NCBI RefSeq assembly: GCF_009914755.1
Contig: NC_060939.1
Length of the DNA: 64,000 nt
Direction: 5' to 3' (one strand)
Source of the DNA: the human T2T-CHM13v2.0 reference genome, Homo sapiens
Position 1 is the stretch's first letter, and every line of letters starts with the position of its first letter. This document shows positions 1 through 28,726 of this stretch, piece after piece. The notes beneath the pieces were generated by a model. That model did no database searches, was not told where the DNA came from, and saw only the letters and a list, made by a program, of their open reading frames with translations. A program made the position numbers and the translations under genes.

Positions 1-620
1 GGTTGTTAGGATGATCAAATCAAATAAGATCATTTCTGTCTTAGACTCTCTTAACTACAAGAAAAAGCATTCACTCAAGTTACGTATATGATGAGGACTT
101 TATTTTAAGGCTAAAAGGGAAAATGGGCATCTCAAGCCTTGTGGCTAGGACTGGAAGAAAACTGTAGAATATCTGAGCCACACAAATGAATTGAAATGTT
201 ATGCAGAATCCAAGGCAGTTTTGGGGAATGGACTGTTTTGTTGTGCCTTTATATCCCAAATAGCCTATGAATCCTGCCTTAGTCTTCCATCATTTAGGGG
301 CTTAGCTAGTCTCTCCACTTCTGTTTTTGCTAGCAATTACCCAGATTTCTCCATATCTCACGTTCAGCTTGAGAGAATCGAATTAGGTCCATTAAATCTC
401 ATTGTCTCTATCTGGACATAACTTTATTTCACACTGGCCAGCCTTAGATTGGCTACCTGGGCCCAGGTGCCCTTCCCTAATTCAGTCAGGAAGCGCAAGG
501 GTCACATGGTACAAAAGGACTGCTATATAAGCATTTTTCCTTGTATAAGCATGACAGATACTATTCCAGACCTGACAATAAAATGACATTTTGCACACTC
601 CTTTAAAAAATGCAACTATT

Positions 621-1892
<1,272 letters not shown>

Positions 1893-2502
1893 TAATAGGT
1901 ATATAATGGTAATATAGGTTGTCTTATTTTGCTTTCTTTTAATTTTTTACAGGACTAAGTATTTTTCCACATAATAATATACTATCCATAGTCCTCATGA
2001 TTAAATTATCAAATTGTCTCTTTCAACCATTAGTTTAGAGAAGTCCTGTTAATAAAAATCTGTATTTCTATCCATGATCATACAGTTTATACAGTAGGCC
2101 TTTTATCAGTTGTATGCATATATATTTCACTTGGCTAAAATTAACTTTCAAAACAAAATTCTAAATACTCTGAGCCCATCACTGCCTAAATAATCCTGTT
2201 TCTTTAAATGCTCATGCTTTTTCTTAGAGAAAGCCTCTCTTTATGACTTTCTTATAGCTCCTTAGGAGAAACTTGATCATTTTTTTTTCAATCAAGAAAG
2301 TAATTGGCAAAGTTATGAGGTAAAAAGCATGCTTTTTAGCACACAAGACTGGCATTAAGACATATGATAACTTCTTATTTGAAAATACTAGAATTAGAAG
2401 ATGAGCACTGAAAACGGCTTTAGATATTACCTTTTTTAAAAGATAAGAAAAACTAAGACCCAGAAAGCGTAAGTAACCTGCAAAAGTTAATATAGCTATT
2501 TA

Positions 2503-2949
<447 letters not shown>

Positions 2950-2996
2950 TCATATAGCTATTTATACCAAAAGGAAAATGTCAAATCACAGTGTAA

Positions 2997-3197
<201 letters not shown>

Positions 3198-3792
3198 TAA
3201 GTGTGGCAATAATCCATCCATTTATTTTAGTAGCCTACAAATCACAGATTACGAACAAGATTTTACATCTTTCAGTTAATTATTTTATCTTCTAATGTCA
3301 ATGAGAACTCTTAGTCCAAGGAAATAGAATAATGCAAAACTTATATTTTTTATTTATGATCCTGATTATAACTATTTTAATTTGCTTAACTGAGTGCTTT
3401 TGTAATTATTTCTAACTTAGTGTTTTCCAATGCTTTATTTCCTAAATATTTCTCACATATATTTTAGAGATACTTGATTCTTTTACATTTGTATAAGGCT
3501 TTATAATTCATAATGTGTTTTCACATATTACCTCATAATTTTCATAATACTTCAGTCTAGGCAATATATGTTTTTATTTTGTAGTAGAGAAAACAGGAGG
3601 CTCGCAGAAATTTAAAATGTATTAGTCAAAGTCATTGGGCTGGTTGCTATACTGGTATTGAAACCCACATCTTCTAACTACACTATGAGCTCCTAGGATG
3701 AGTTGTATCCCAAGTATCTAGTAGACTACCCCGAATAATTATTTACTGAAGGGATGACTGCATTCTGACTCTTACAACAGTAATCTTTTTAA

Positions 3793-4453
<661 letters not shown>

Positions 4454-4569
4454 TACTAGTATTCACTAGTCACAAGTATTTTTCGGGTAGCAATCTGAAA
4501 AGGACTAAATTATCTTGCATCTCAGTTGCTACTGTTGTCATTTCTCAGATGTATTAATAACATTGCATT

Positions 4570-5100
4570 AAATGTATTCATTCATTCAGGAATTATTTAA
4601 TCCTACTATGTGCCAGGCAGTGTTCCAGATGTAGGAGATGCATCAGTTTAACCAAAAAAAGTACCTGCCTTCATGAAGTTTACATTCTAGTAGGGAGAGA
4701 CAGACAGCTAAAAAGATAAGAGTAAATATATATTTGTCAAGTGATGGTAATACAGGGAAAAATAATTGTGGGATAAGAAGGATAGAATGCCAGTGCTTGG
4801 GGTAATGGGGGAGCTGTTATTTTTAAATAGGGTAGTTGGGAAAGATCACCATGATAAGGTGACACTGGAGCCAAAACTTAAAGGAGTTGAGAGAGTGAAC
4901 CATGTAGTTACTTGATGAGAGAGTATTCCAGGCAAAGGGGCCAGCCAAGTACTAAGTATGCTGGGCATGTTCAAGGAACAGCAAGGAGACTGATGTGGCT
5001 AAAAGAGAGTGAGTTTGGGAGAATGTAATAATGAGGTCAGAGAGATAGCAGGGGCTCAGTTCCTATCGGCTTTACCACTGAGGGAGATAGAAAGCCTTTT
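4570..5100 (-). mobile_element. L2 3' fragment
   Basis: attcattcattca...cctactatgtgccaggca signature of the reversed L2 3' end. Confidence 0.6.
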
Positions 5101-5246
5101 TAATCTCATCAGCAGCATGATAATAACTTATTCATTTAATAAGCATTTAACCTACTTTGTATCCAGCATTTGATAATTCAGAAGTGAGTAAGATACAGTG
5201 TCTGCTCTCAAAGTCAAAGTCTGTGGGGGAAAAAGATATAACAATA

Positions 5247-7365
<2,119 letters not shown>

Positions 7366-7371
7366 ATATGT

Positions 7372-8220
7372 GTTTGTTGGAGGCAGTCTCTGAGATGGCC
7401 TCCAGTGATCCCATCCTCCTGCTATTTATGTCTTTGTATAATCCCCTCCCCCTTGAACATGGGCTAGATTTGTCGACTCAATTCTAATGAGTAGAATACA
7501 GCAGAAGGGATGGGATATCACTTACAAGACTGGGTTATGAAAAGACTATGGTGGCCAGGCACAGTGGCTTATATCTGTAATCCCAGCATTTTGGGAGGCC
7601 AATGGGGAAGTACTGCTTGAGGCCCGGAGTTTGAGACCAGTTGGGTAATATAGTGAGACCCCATCTCTACAGAAAATCCAAAAATTATCCAGTCATGGCG
7701 GCACACACCTGTAGTCCTAGTTACTTGGAAGGCTGAGGTGGGAGGATCACTTGAGCCCAGGAGGTCAAGGCTGCAGTGAGCCATGATCACACACTACTGC
7801 ACTCCAGCCTGGGTGACAGAGCAAGACCCTGTCTCTAAAAAAAAGAAAAGAATACATAAATAAAAAGATTATGGCTTCCATCTTGGGTGCCTGTCTCACT
7901 CACTCTTGGCTGACTTACCCTGGGTTAAGCCAGTTAATTATGTCATGAGGCAGCTTTAAGGAAACGGCCATATGTTGAGGAACTTAGCCCCACCAGCAAC
8001 CATGTGAGCAAATTTGGAAGCTGATCTCTCCACCTGTAATTGAACCTTCAGATGAAACTGTAGCCCCTGCTAAGAGCTTGACTACAATTCATGAGCGACC
8101 TCGAGCCAGAGGCACCCAGCTAAGCAACACCTAGGTTCTTGATCCACAGGAACTATGAAATGGTAAATATTCATAGTTTAAGTTAACAAGTTTTGGGGTA
8201 ATTTGTTATACAGCAGTAGT
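7372..8220 (+). mobile_element. MLT1-type (ERVL-MaLR) LTR with an AluJ insertion (~7553-7850)
   Basis: tgttggaggcagtctctgagatggcc ... ttttggggtaatttgttatacagcagtag. Confidence 0.7.
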
Positions 8221-8455
8221 CTTTCAATAATCTTTTTATTAATATATTTTTTACAATATTAATCGATTATATAATCTTATCTACTGATCTTTTTCAGTAG
8301 ATACCTTTCAAAATGTGTAAATCTATATTCAGTTGGTGAAACTGTAAAGCATTTTTATAGTGGCTTTTGATGCAAGGCACGTACAAAGCCATATGCTAAT
8401 AGTGGATTTTCAGCAAGCTCCAAATGTGAATCACTATGCTATTTTTGTTTTTCAG

Positions 8456-8507
8456 CTTTGTTACTTTGAGTTTGTCTCTGATGATTGATCGTATTTTTTT
8501 TGGCCAA
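8456..8507 (+). CDS. PIGB: PIGB coding exon 7 (52 nt): (G)FVTLSLSLMIDRIFFGQ
   Basis: tttttcag|C acceptor, CAA|gtaagt donor; phase 2->0 joins neighbouring exons in frame. Confidence 0.95.
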
Positions 8508-8904
8508 GTAAGTAAAAGTATATTAAGCTAACAGCTATTTTTATTTTTAATCCATTAATACTTTAGAACAGAGGCAAATGATTTTTTAAATGATATGGGA
8601 TACATTACAAAAGACTTCTAGGCATATCCTAATAAGCCTTTGGTTCAATTTGTTGTGCTTTCTACATAAAAGAATTAGTACTCCTAGCTAATATTCAGGA
8701 GAGTACATTTTAAGGCAGGGAATTATTAAGTGAGCACTGAATGTTACCTGTTGCTGTTTCTGTCATTATTGTCAGCTTTACGCTGTAATTCAAATTGTAA
8801 TGTTTTCAAAGCTTTATCTTCACAGGTAATATGTCACATTGTAAAGTACCACACAGTCCAAAAAATATGTCTACTATCCTCTTTATCTCTTAACTGGATA
8901 TAAA

Positions 8905-9215
8905 ACTTGGATGGAGCTGGAGGCCATTATTCTAAGTGAAATAACTCAGGAATGGAAAGCCAAATATCATATGTTCTTACTTATAAGTGGGAGCTAAGCT
9001 ATGGGATGCAAAGACATAAGAATGATATAATGGACTCTGGTGACTCAGGGTGGGGAAGGGTGAGAGAGGGGTGAGAAATTCTTATTTCGAGTACATATTG
9101 GGTACAGTGTACATTGCTTGGGTGATGGGTGGACCAAAATCCTAGAAATCACCTCTAAAGAACTTATTCATGTAACCAGAAGCCATCTGTACCCCAAAAA
9201 CTTGAAATAAAAACA
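8905..9215 (+). mobile_element. L1 3' end (L1PB/L1MA-type)
   Basis: tggatggagctggaggccattattctaagtgaaataactcagg...aaataaaa. Confidence 0.8.
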
Positions 9216-9363
9216 CAAACTTAGACTGCCAAAATATAAGTTTGATTCTCACTTTGAATCTCAAAAATCTAGTTTTACAAATTAACAAGGAACACATTAA
9301 TACTTAAAGAAGAAAAAATAACAGTTAAGAAGGATTTCATACAGTCATTAATTAAAATTATTA

Positions 9364-10013
<650 letters not shown>

Positions 10014-10269
10014 TAAGATTTTATTTGTTCAAAAGGCTAAAATTTTTTATGTTACCAAGAAATCAAATTAAATTCTTCAAAAAGTAAACTTTATGTTTTG
10101 GAGGTGCCATTAACTTTTGTTAGTGGGAATTATCTTAGAAGATACAAGTAGTAGTAATTATGGAGGCACTAGAGTGAATACTTTAGATATGTAGTTTGCT
10201 TAATAAGGATTACACTCAATTTTTAAGAACTTGGACTAATTTTATTTGCTTTAAAAAAAAAAAAAACAG

Positions 10270-11882
<1,613 letters not shown>

Positions 11883-13299
11883 GGCATATGCCATTTTTTA
11901 AGTAATTAACTCCTGATTTTATTCAGGCCTTTTCTCCATTTTTCCACAGTCTTAACATGTATTTTTTTGTCACTTACAAAAATCCTTACATGACTCAATT
12001 CAGGAAAATCTGGGTTTTTACATTGGTTGGTTTGGAAAAATTACGAATTGAAACTTTATTAACTTCAAGTTTAATTCGGAATAAATGACTGTTGACTTCC
12101 TTCAAATATTAAGACCTTAAAAAAAATCACAGCGTTGAGAGAGAAGAAATGACTAGCCAACTGGAACTGGAGGCTGGAAAAAACCTAGGGAGTTACAGTT
12201 TTCAAACTTATTTTTTACTTAAAAAAAAAGAAAAACATTGAGTTAGGCAATGTTTGACCAAGTATACATCAACTCCTACAGATCTGAGATGTATAATCTC
12301 TTCAATTTAAGAAGATAAACATACAAATATAAAATCAAATATTAAAAATCTGTATTTTTGATACATCTGAAGTTCTGAAATCAAAGCCTCAGTCTGTCAT
12401 TACTTTACAGTGTAACCACATACAAACGCAGGCACATACAAAAATTTAGACATCTAACAGCTATTTGGCAAGCCTTAAGAATAGCTGGCCCCATTTGTCA
12501 GAGGAAATCTGTTCATAAATCACTATTCAGATGTTAAATGGTTTCTGTTCTGTTGGGTTTTTTTACAGCCACTTGAGTGTGTATTATAATTAAATCAAGC
12601 ATTGGCAGAGTACAAAGGCAAATGTTTTTGTGTGCCTGGAGGGGACGGGGAGGTTGGTTAGTAACTTGGTTTGATTTCTGTTTTCATAAACCAGATTTTT
12701 CCAGCATTCCTCTTCTGTGTCCTGTTGCTTTACCAAGTATTTACACAAAGATTGAGTTGTCTGAATCCTCATTGCCAGTCTAAAAGATTGAATCTTTAAG
12801 TGGCAAGATCCCTGTAACCAGGGCCTATTCACAGTTTATTGAGATAAAATGCTGATGAGGGGTAAAGAGAGCCCCTTCTAATAGGTAAGAATCACCCCTT
12901 CTTCCATCCTCTGTCTACTTAGAAGGATCCCTAAAAGACAGCAACCTAGAAAACCCCTTGATCTCCTCACAGGATGCATTCTTTTCCTCCACACCCTACC
13001 TAAGGTTCTAGAGTGGGTCAAAAAACTCTAATTCCTAGGAGATTTGTACTTCCACTAACAGTCAGGGCTGTTTAATGCCAAGAGGTTCCAACAGTAGGAT
13101 CAGTTCTGTCTAGTGATGTCACCTAGACAGAAATCTCTGGACATTTAGAACAGTTCTCTTTGGAGCTCTTGATGTTTTAGTGACCCAGTTTGAATCTTTC
13201 CTAACTACTTGAAATCTTGAGTTATACCACAAATTTCAGCCTTATTCTGCTTTGTGTGACTTGTTTTAACCTATTTTTATGTAAACATGACAACTCTGT

Positions 13300-13765
13300 C
13301 AGCCATTGCTGTGTAAAAGGCCACCTCAAAACTGTAGTGGCTTAAAACTCCATTTATTATAATTTACAGGTCTACATTTCAACTGGGCAGTTCTCATCTC
13401 CACTGAGCTCACTTACACAGCTGCAGATTGGGTAGATAGCTCTATTGACCTAGGCTGGGCTCTCATGTCTGGGGTTCAACTAGCTGTAGGCCAAGTCTTC
13501 TCAGCTCTTCTGAGTTTTCTCTTCCTCCAACAGGCCAGCTAGGGCTTGTTCACTTGGCATAGGCCGGGTTCCAAGAGAGGGAGCAAATATGCAAGGCCCT
13601 TTGAGACAAGGGCTTGGAATTTGCATACTGTCACTTCCACCACATTCTTTTCATGAAAGCAAGTCACTGGGCCAGGCCAGATTCAAGAGGTGGGGAAATA
13701 AATGCCAACCTCATAGTGGGATGGGACACAGGAAGAAAAATAATTGCAGCAGTTTTTTCAGTCTA
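13300..13765 (-). mobile_element. Old MLT1 (MaLR) LTR
   Basis: ctcaaaactgtagtggcttaaa...catactgtcacttccaccacattct...gcaagtcac. Confidence 0.55.
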
Positions 13766-14031
13766 CGGTAACTTCTCTTGCCTAATTTGAATTTCCCTTA
13801 GTCCTATAAAATAGGACTCAACTCTAGAAAATATATTTTGTGACTGGCTCTGATCTTTAGTGAATTGTTCAACAATGTGCCTCATTTTCCTTATCTGTAA
13901 AAGAAAGGTGATATTTTAGCAACACTAATTAAATTCTTAGTTTGAATCTCTCATTTGTGCTGACAGAGTTCAGCACCCACTACTGATTCTGAGTTGAGTG
14001 TCTGCTTATCTGTTTTTACCACAGTGGCTAA

Positions 14032-18620
<4,589 letters not shown>

Positions 18621-19841
18621 GCTATTTTATTTCAAATAAAGCTAGTTCTAATTATCATTCCTTTTAGTAGGTTCCTCATTTTACCATTTCAAACATCTTA
18701 TAAATGTAGATTTAAGTGATAGGCTTAGTTTTCTTAATCTTGCTACATTTTTCACCACACCACTTTTCAGATTATTCTTTAATCAGAACTATTTCAAGTA
18801 GATTAAAAAATACTAGGTGACATGGACATGTGATATTCCAACTCATGAGGTATGAACTGTGGATGATATTAACATATTCATAGGAGGAACAAAATAAAAA
18901 ACACTGCCTTGGTCCCATTCAGTATTGTACTAACATTTTGGGCAAACCAAGGTTTGGATGAAGAATACCCAAGTTCAAAAAGAACTATTATCTAGTTCTA
19001 TAAAAAGAGTGTATGTAAATTATGAACAAAATGTCATGCTTACTAATAAGCTTAATCTTTTCCAGTGGAAAGGCCTGTTCTTTGTATTCTCAGTAGATCC
19101 TAATATGTCCATTAATAGTGGCTGTTGCTGAAGAAAAGGACTATCAGAGGGGAGAGAGACTTTTACTTATCCTTTTATACCCGTCTATTCATTCTACTTG
19201 GTTTTTTCCTTTGGTTTTTTGTTTTGTTTTGCCCCACAGAATAATCCCTTTCATAAATCAAAAAAGAAAAATTGTTCAGCATCTCCAAATTGCCTGACTG
19301 TAGTGGGAAAACAAAATTTCCCACTGTTGTGGGAAAAAAAATGTAAGACATAGCACCTTTTCTTCCACTCATATACTTACGGAAAATCTCCCAGGTGCCC
19401 AATGGCTTATTTTCCTAAGAGGACACATTATTGAAACTCGTATTACACACTAAAATACCAATTATTAGTGCTTGGGAGATTAAAGAGGTAGGTAAATGGA
19501 ATAATTAAAAGTCCTATTTATTTAGCAACTACTATGTACCAGGGCAGTCACTGGACATTTTTTCTAACACTTGAATAAGGTACTATTATCCCAATGACCA
19601 GCAAAGTAAAACGACTTGTGCTAGAACTGGAATTCAAATCTGGACCTGTTGGACTCCATAACCATCATCTTTCCACTATACCTCAATACCTTTTACTAGA
19701 AAAAGTCAAGACCTAGATGACAGTAGTGAATGGTGAATGGTCAGAGATATGACTTATTGCTTATTTCTTATTTGTCTATAACAGTATTACAGTTTTTGCT
19801 ATTTCCATTAAAAATTACAGATGTATTTGCAGTTAACATAA

Positions 19842-20102
<261 letters not shown>

Positions 20103-20285
20103 TAATAAAAGATGTTCCACTATATGCTGTTAAGAAACTGAAACTGACTACTTTAAAATTCCCTTTCAGATTCCTGGATTTGAATTAATTGGTCACTGAT
20201 CAAATGATAAATTTTAAACTCCCACATATTTATTCACTGATGGATTTTAAAAACCACTTGAACTGTGTCAAAGAAAATGTTTTAA

Positions 20286-23510
<3,225 letters not shown>

Positions 23511-23935
23511 CTTGCCATATAAGTATGTGATCCATCCCCTATCAGAGCAGAAAGGGAAGAGAGAAAGAATCCTTTCTGATTATGATCACAGTTTCCTACT
23601 TTATCAAATACACCTATGGAGAATTACTCTCCTATTAACAAGTTAACTTACCTGGTCCTGAGGACCATTTATGTTTCCGGAACAGAATACCAATGCTACA
23701 GAATGTTGAGTCCCCCTACTGACCTACTTCCCTCCTTGAAATGGACTTCTATGCACTAGTTTGGGCTTATAGGTTATACTGCTGCTGCTGCATAGGTACA
23801 TGGTATAAGAATCATGTTTTTTTTATCTTTGAGAAAATGAGTTAAAGGCTTGCTTCTTCACTTAACTGCAACACAGTTTACAGATTCAGATTTCACATTT
23901 TGCTAAGTATAAATGACATATCTTAAGACTAATGA

Positions 23936-24202
<267 letters not shown>

Positions 24203-24442
24203 TAATTTTACCCCAGGTTTAGGAAACCCTCAGGTAAATAGATAATATAACCTTTTTATGGTCTGTTTCAACCCACATTTCATAATTAGTCTTTTCTCCA
24301 GTCAAAATTAGCCCCAGTTCTGTAACTATCAAAGTATTTTACTTCCTATAAGTTAATTCTTTTATTAAGCAAAAAGTTGTAGACAGCAATTAGAATAGGC
24401 AATTCTAAAATTGACTGAAACAGTACTCAGCAAAATGTAGCC

Positions 24443-24464
24443 TTTATTTACTTAAACATTTATT
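24443..24464 (-). terminator. CCPG1: Two minus-strand AATAAA signals (24443-24448, 24459-24464), probable distal CCPG1 poly(A) site
   Basis: TTTATT twice on the + strand, ~950 nt beyond the CCPG1 stop. Confidence 0.6.
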
Positions 24465-24473
24465 TGCTTCTAG

Positions 24474-24620
<147 letters not shown>

Positions 24621-24812
24621 ACTTTCCTAGATAAATTAACATTGCTGGGTGGAAATATTCAGATGCTGCTTAAATACTTCGGTAAACACTGGGTAAGATT
24701 CATGGAACTTAGAAAAAAGCTGTATGAACTGCTTTACCAAATATCACTACTGAGGAAATGTATAAAATACCACATAGTATAAAATTACATGTTAATACAA
24801 TGCCAGATTTTA

Positions 24813-24818
24813 AATAAA
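24813..24818 (+). terminator. PIGB: PIGB polyadenylation signal AATAAA
   Basis: First AATAAA ~190 nt after the stop, followed by GT/T-rich downstream sequence (ggtgtagttttattgttt). Confidence 0.75.
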
Positions 24819-24845
24819 GACCTTTAGTTTTCCTCATGGTGTAGT

Positions 24846-24851
24846 TTTATT
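24846..24851 (-). terminator. CCPG1: Minus-strand AATAAA, candidate proximal CCPG1 poly(A) signal
   Basis: TTTATT on the + strand, 27 nt from the PIGB AATAAA. Confidence 0.4.
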
Positions 24852-25407
24852 GTTTCTTCCACGATATTCAGATGTGCAAAAAATTTCACAAGAAAACAAG
24901 TCAGCAAGCTCTTAAGAGGGCAGCAAATTCTTCACAAGTCAGAGGGCTCTTGAACCCACAAAAAGACAAGAAGTGAGTGTAAGATTATAAAATGTTAATG
25001 ATGAAATTCCAGAACAATGTACTTTTCTCAAGCTCTGCTGCAAATTTAACACAAACATCAGTGTTAATTACACTTTGTCATGTATGACTGAGCTTGCTTT
25101 AAGCTCTTACACTGAAAGGAAGTCTCATTTCATGCACAAAATCTGTTGCATGCCTGGCTTCCTTAATAAAACTACAGTTGAACATTTCCAGTGTCAAAAA
25201 AAATTCAACGAAGCTAAACTACAGGAAAATGCAGGTTAGTAGACTTTTAACTAATGCTTCTGAGGAATAATATAAAGTTATCAAACTGATACTTAGAAAC
25301 AAAAGAAAAGACATTGTCATCTTGGTAATTTCATTAGTTTCAATACCAAACATTATACAAAGCATAAATTTTTCTCTTACAGTTGTCTAATTTAACTCAA
25401 TTGTGAA

Positions 25408-25597
25408 TCAGTATTGAGGATCAAAAGGTAATTGCCCCAATTCTATTTCAAGATTTGCCATTTGTCTTCCATTAGTGCGACCATATTTATGCCATTTACC
25501 TTCCCTTTTATAAGGCTGTGGCTGAAGGTGCTTCTGCTCTTGTTTTCGATGCCTGGAGTTTTCAATATTTACCATACGTTGCTTTTTATCAGGTCGA
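25408..25597 (-). CDS. CCPG1: CCPG1 terminal coding exon of the long (807-aa) isoform: (S)[16 protein letters not shown]...[11 protein letters not shown]
   Basis: ttactgctttcag|T acceptor, phase 2 matches the AG| donor at 28727; ORF 25408..25623; TGA at 25410-25408. Confidence 0.93.
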
Positions 25598-26638
25598 CTG
25601 AAAGCAGTAAACACATTTTTCATCTATGTTAGAGTTCAATGTATTTAAATTTAAAACAATTTTAAATGTTTTCTCCATTAATCTATGATCTGAACACTGA
25701 TAAAAGATATTAAATATCTGAATTACAATCCTAGTATATCCATATAAAAATAAAGGAGTCTGTATTAGTTTTTTTGTCCTATAGAAAGAAAAAATAGACA
25801 ATAACTCTACTGGCAAAAAAGGGAAACACTCAAAAGATAACAAAGAAAAGAAATGTGACAATAAAATAATGAGATGTGTTTCCATTATTTTTCCTCCTTT
25901 CCTATAAAAATCAGTCCCTCCCCGCTGGCTTTATCACTCAGCAGAAATACATACACATCTCTCACAAACAAAGCAAAACAAAAGTCTCAACTTTTTCTTA
26001 CAGCAAAAGCTCACAACACCTACACCGCTTTCCTTAATGTCTATGATCAGGCTTCCGTCACTACTTCACTGGAAGTCCATACTGTCATCCCCTGGCCGCC
26101 CAGTTTCCAAGCCAAGAAAACATTTTCCGCACATCAACTTTTTAAAAAGCATGACACATTTATTCCTTTTACTTGAGATGGCTTTTGGATTTTCAAGGTA
26201 CCACTCCCCACTCCTGTCCTTAGCCTTCCCTACAACCCCATGGATGTTGGTGTTCTCCCAGGAGTCTGATAAATATACAGTCTCGGCAAAAGAGATGACC
26301 ATAGAACTAACTGCCAACTAACCCTCTCCACTTGAATGTCAGTAGTTACCTCCAAACACAATTCTCATCTCCAATTACCCTTGCCCCAAACCTTGAATTC
26401 CCTATCTCAGTGGTACTACTATCCAACAAGATGACCCAACCCAGAAATCTAGAAGTCACTGTTACTTTCTACTTCTCCTTCACAAGAAATATCAATGTTA
26501 CTATTTTCCAAATGTTTTTTCCTTTCCTCTCCTACTAGTATAGTCCCAGTTTAGATGTTCATCAGCTCATGTCTGTATTATATTGACCACCTTCTAGCTT
26601 CATACCTTTCCCATCAATCCTCTAGGCTGCTACCAATA

Positions 26639-27555
26639 CATTAGTCCCACCGTATCCACGGCTTTACTTTCTGTGATTGAGGTTTCCGTTACCTGTGGTC
26701 AACTGTGGTCTGAAAATGTTAAATAGAAAATTTCAGAAATAATTCATCAGTTTTAGGCGGGGTACAGTGGCTCACGACTGTAATCCCAGCACTTTGGGAG
26801 GTAGACATGTGTGGATCACTTGAGGTCAGGATTTCAAGAACAGCCTGGCCAACATGGTGAAACCCCATCTCTACTAAAAATATGAAAATTAGCCGGGTGT
26901 GGTGGCACGTGCCTATAGTCCCAGCTACTTGGGAGACTAGGGAGGAGAATCACCTGAACCCAGGAGACAGAGGTTGCAGTGAGCTGAGATCGTGTCACTG
27001 CACTCCAGCCTGGCTGACAAAGCAAGATTCCATCTCAAATAATTAAAAAAAAATAATTCATAAGTTTTCAATTATATGCCTGTTCTGAGTAATGTAATGA
27101 AATAATGCAGTTCTGCTCCATCCCACATGGGATGTGAATCATCCTTTTCTTGTGTATTTACACTACCCACCCATTAATCACCTAGTAGCAGTCTGTTAAT
27201 CAGATATACTGTTATCCTACCACAGTGTTTGTGTTCAAGTATCCCTAAGATAAGGATTAAGGATGACTAAGTAACTTAATAATGACCCCAAAATACAACA
27301 GTGATGCTGGCATTTGGATATGCCAAAGAGAAGCTATAAAGCGCCTCCTTTAAGTGAAAGGGTGAAGGTTCTCAAGAGAAATAAAAGTATGCTGAGATTG
27401 GTAAGATCTATAGTAAGAACAAACCTATGTGTGAGATTGTAAAGAAGGAAAAAGAAATTCATGCATAGTATATATAGAATTATGTTCTATCCCTGGTTTC
27501 CAGCATCCACTGGGGGTCTTGGAACATATATCCTGAAGATAAGGGGGGACTACTG
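26639..27555 (+). mobile_element. MER44/Tigger7 derivative with an Alu inserted (~26755-27050)
   Basis: TA|cattagtcccacc ... ggggggactactg|TA inverted termini. Confidence 0.8.
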
Positions 27556-28686
27556 TAATCTAAAATACAATATAATCTTATCCCACCCGCCTTGAAAATT
27601 CTTCAGAAGTTCTCCATGTCCTACAGGACAAAACCTTTAGCATAAAATGGGGCCCTTCATGGTCTGCATCTCTTATCCTCCAGCTCTACCCTGCTTCCTT
27701 AAAGCAGTGTATCTTCACATCTCCAAATGACCTTCCTTTTAAGTGAAATTCCCTTCCCTGTCTGCATAGCAAATCCTCATTTCTCTTCCAAAAGCTACTT
27801 TAAAAACTAAGTTCAGTTCAAAGGCCACCTCACTCAAGAAGCCTTTCCAAACACCTCCAGACAGCCTGAGGCCACCATGCCCCATACCTTAATTTCATTT
27901 ATTTACTTAGCTTGTGAGCTCCTTTGAAGCAAAAATTTTTCACTTGTCTCCTCAAGGCAGCTTCACCTTTGTTCATTATAGGACTAGATACCAGCTTAAT
28001 GACTAAAGACACCAGAATCAGTCTCATTATTTTATAGACACATTATATTTATTCAGAAAGATTAAGTATTTCAAAGGTAAAAAATGAAGCTAACATTTGA
28101 AGATTAGGTAAGTTTCATGTTACAGAATATAAAGATGAAAATGGATAAAAAATTATTATGAAGTACACACATTAGAATTTGACTTGCTTAGTTTGCCTCT
28201 TTGTGCCTCTACCTTTATCAAAGATAATTATGTGACTAAGTATCATAACTAAGCTGGTACATGGAATGGACAAGTGAAAATAGGTGGGACATTAGAATTA
28301 TTATATATGAGCTCTTCTGACTTCAGAGTAAAATTTGTGTTGCTCATTCCTAGCTTCCAGAAGTGAATAAATACATAAAAGATTAAAGGAAAATAATTTC
28401 ACTTAAGGTGATCTTTTCATATAAACTATAATGAAAAGAAACAAACTTGGCCAAAGTAGGATTTTATATATTCTTAACTGATTTTTAAGATAAAAATTAA
28501 ACCATTTGCTCAAGTCAAAGTGATCACGTTATAATGAAATGTTCCATTTGTAACAGCTAATAATTTTTAGACTCCATCTTTCAATTTATTCTGAATTCTC
28601 TCAGTGGCCATAAAGCACAACTCTTAGAAACGGTAACCTTACAAGAAACTCATCAAATCATAAAAATGCTATCCAATCTACAAATG

Positions 28687-28726
28687 TTACAAACTACTGT
28701 AATGACACGGTTTTATGTAAACCGAC
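28687..28726 (-). CDS. CCPG1: Read-through tail of the short (757-aa) CCPG1 isoform: (R)[12 protein letters not shown]
   Basis: ORF continues past the weak gtcggt donor to TAA 28689-28687; exon sum 2274 nt = 757 aa; downstream minus-strand AATAAA at 28585-28590 and 28048-28053. Confidence 0.85.

Noticed and set aside
12540-12890. Possible cryptic PIGB exon or enhancer (ttttacag acceptor, ag|gtaaga donor, HNF4/NKX-like words)
   Set aside because: Only short motifs with no frame support; cannot be told from background without data
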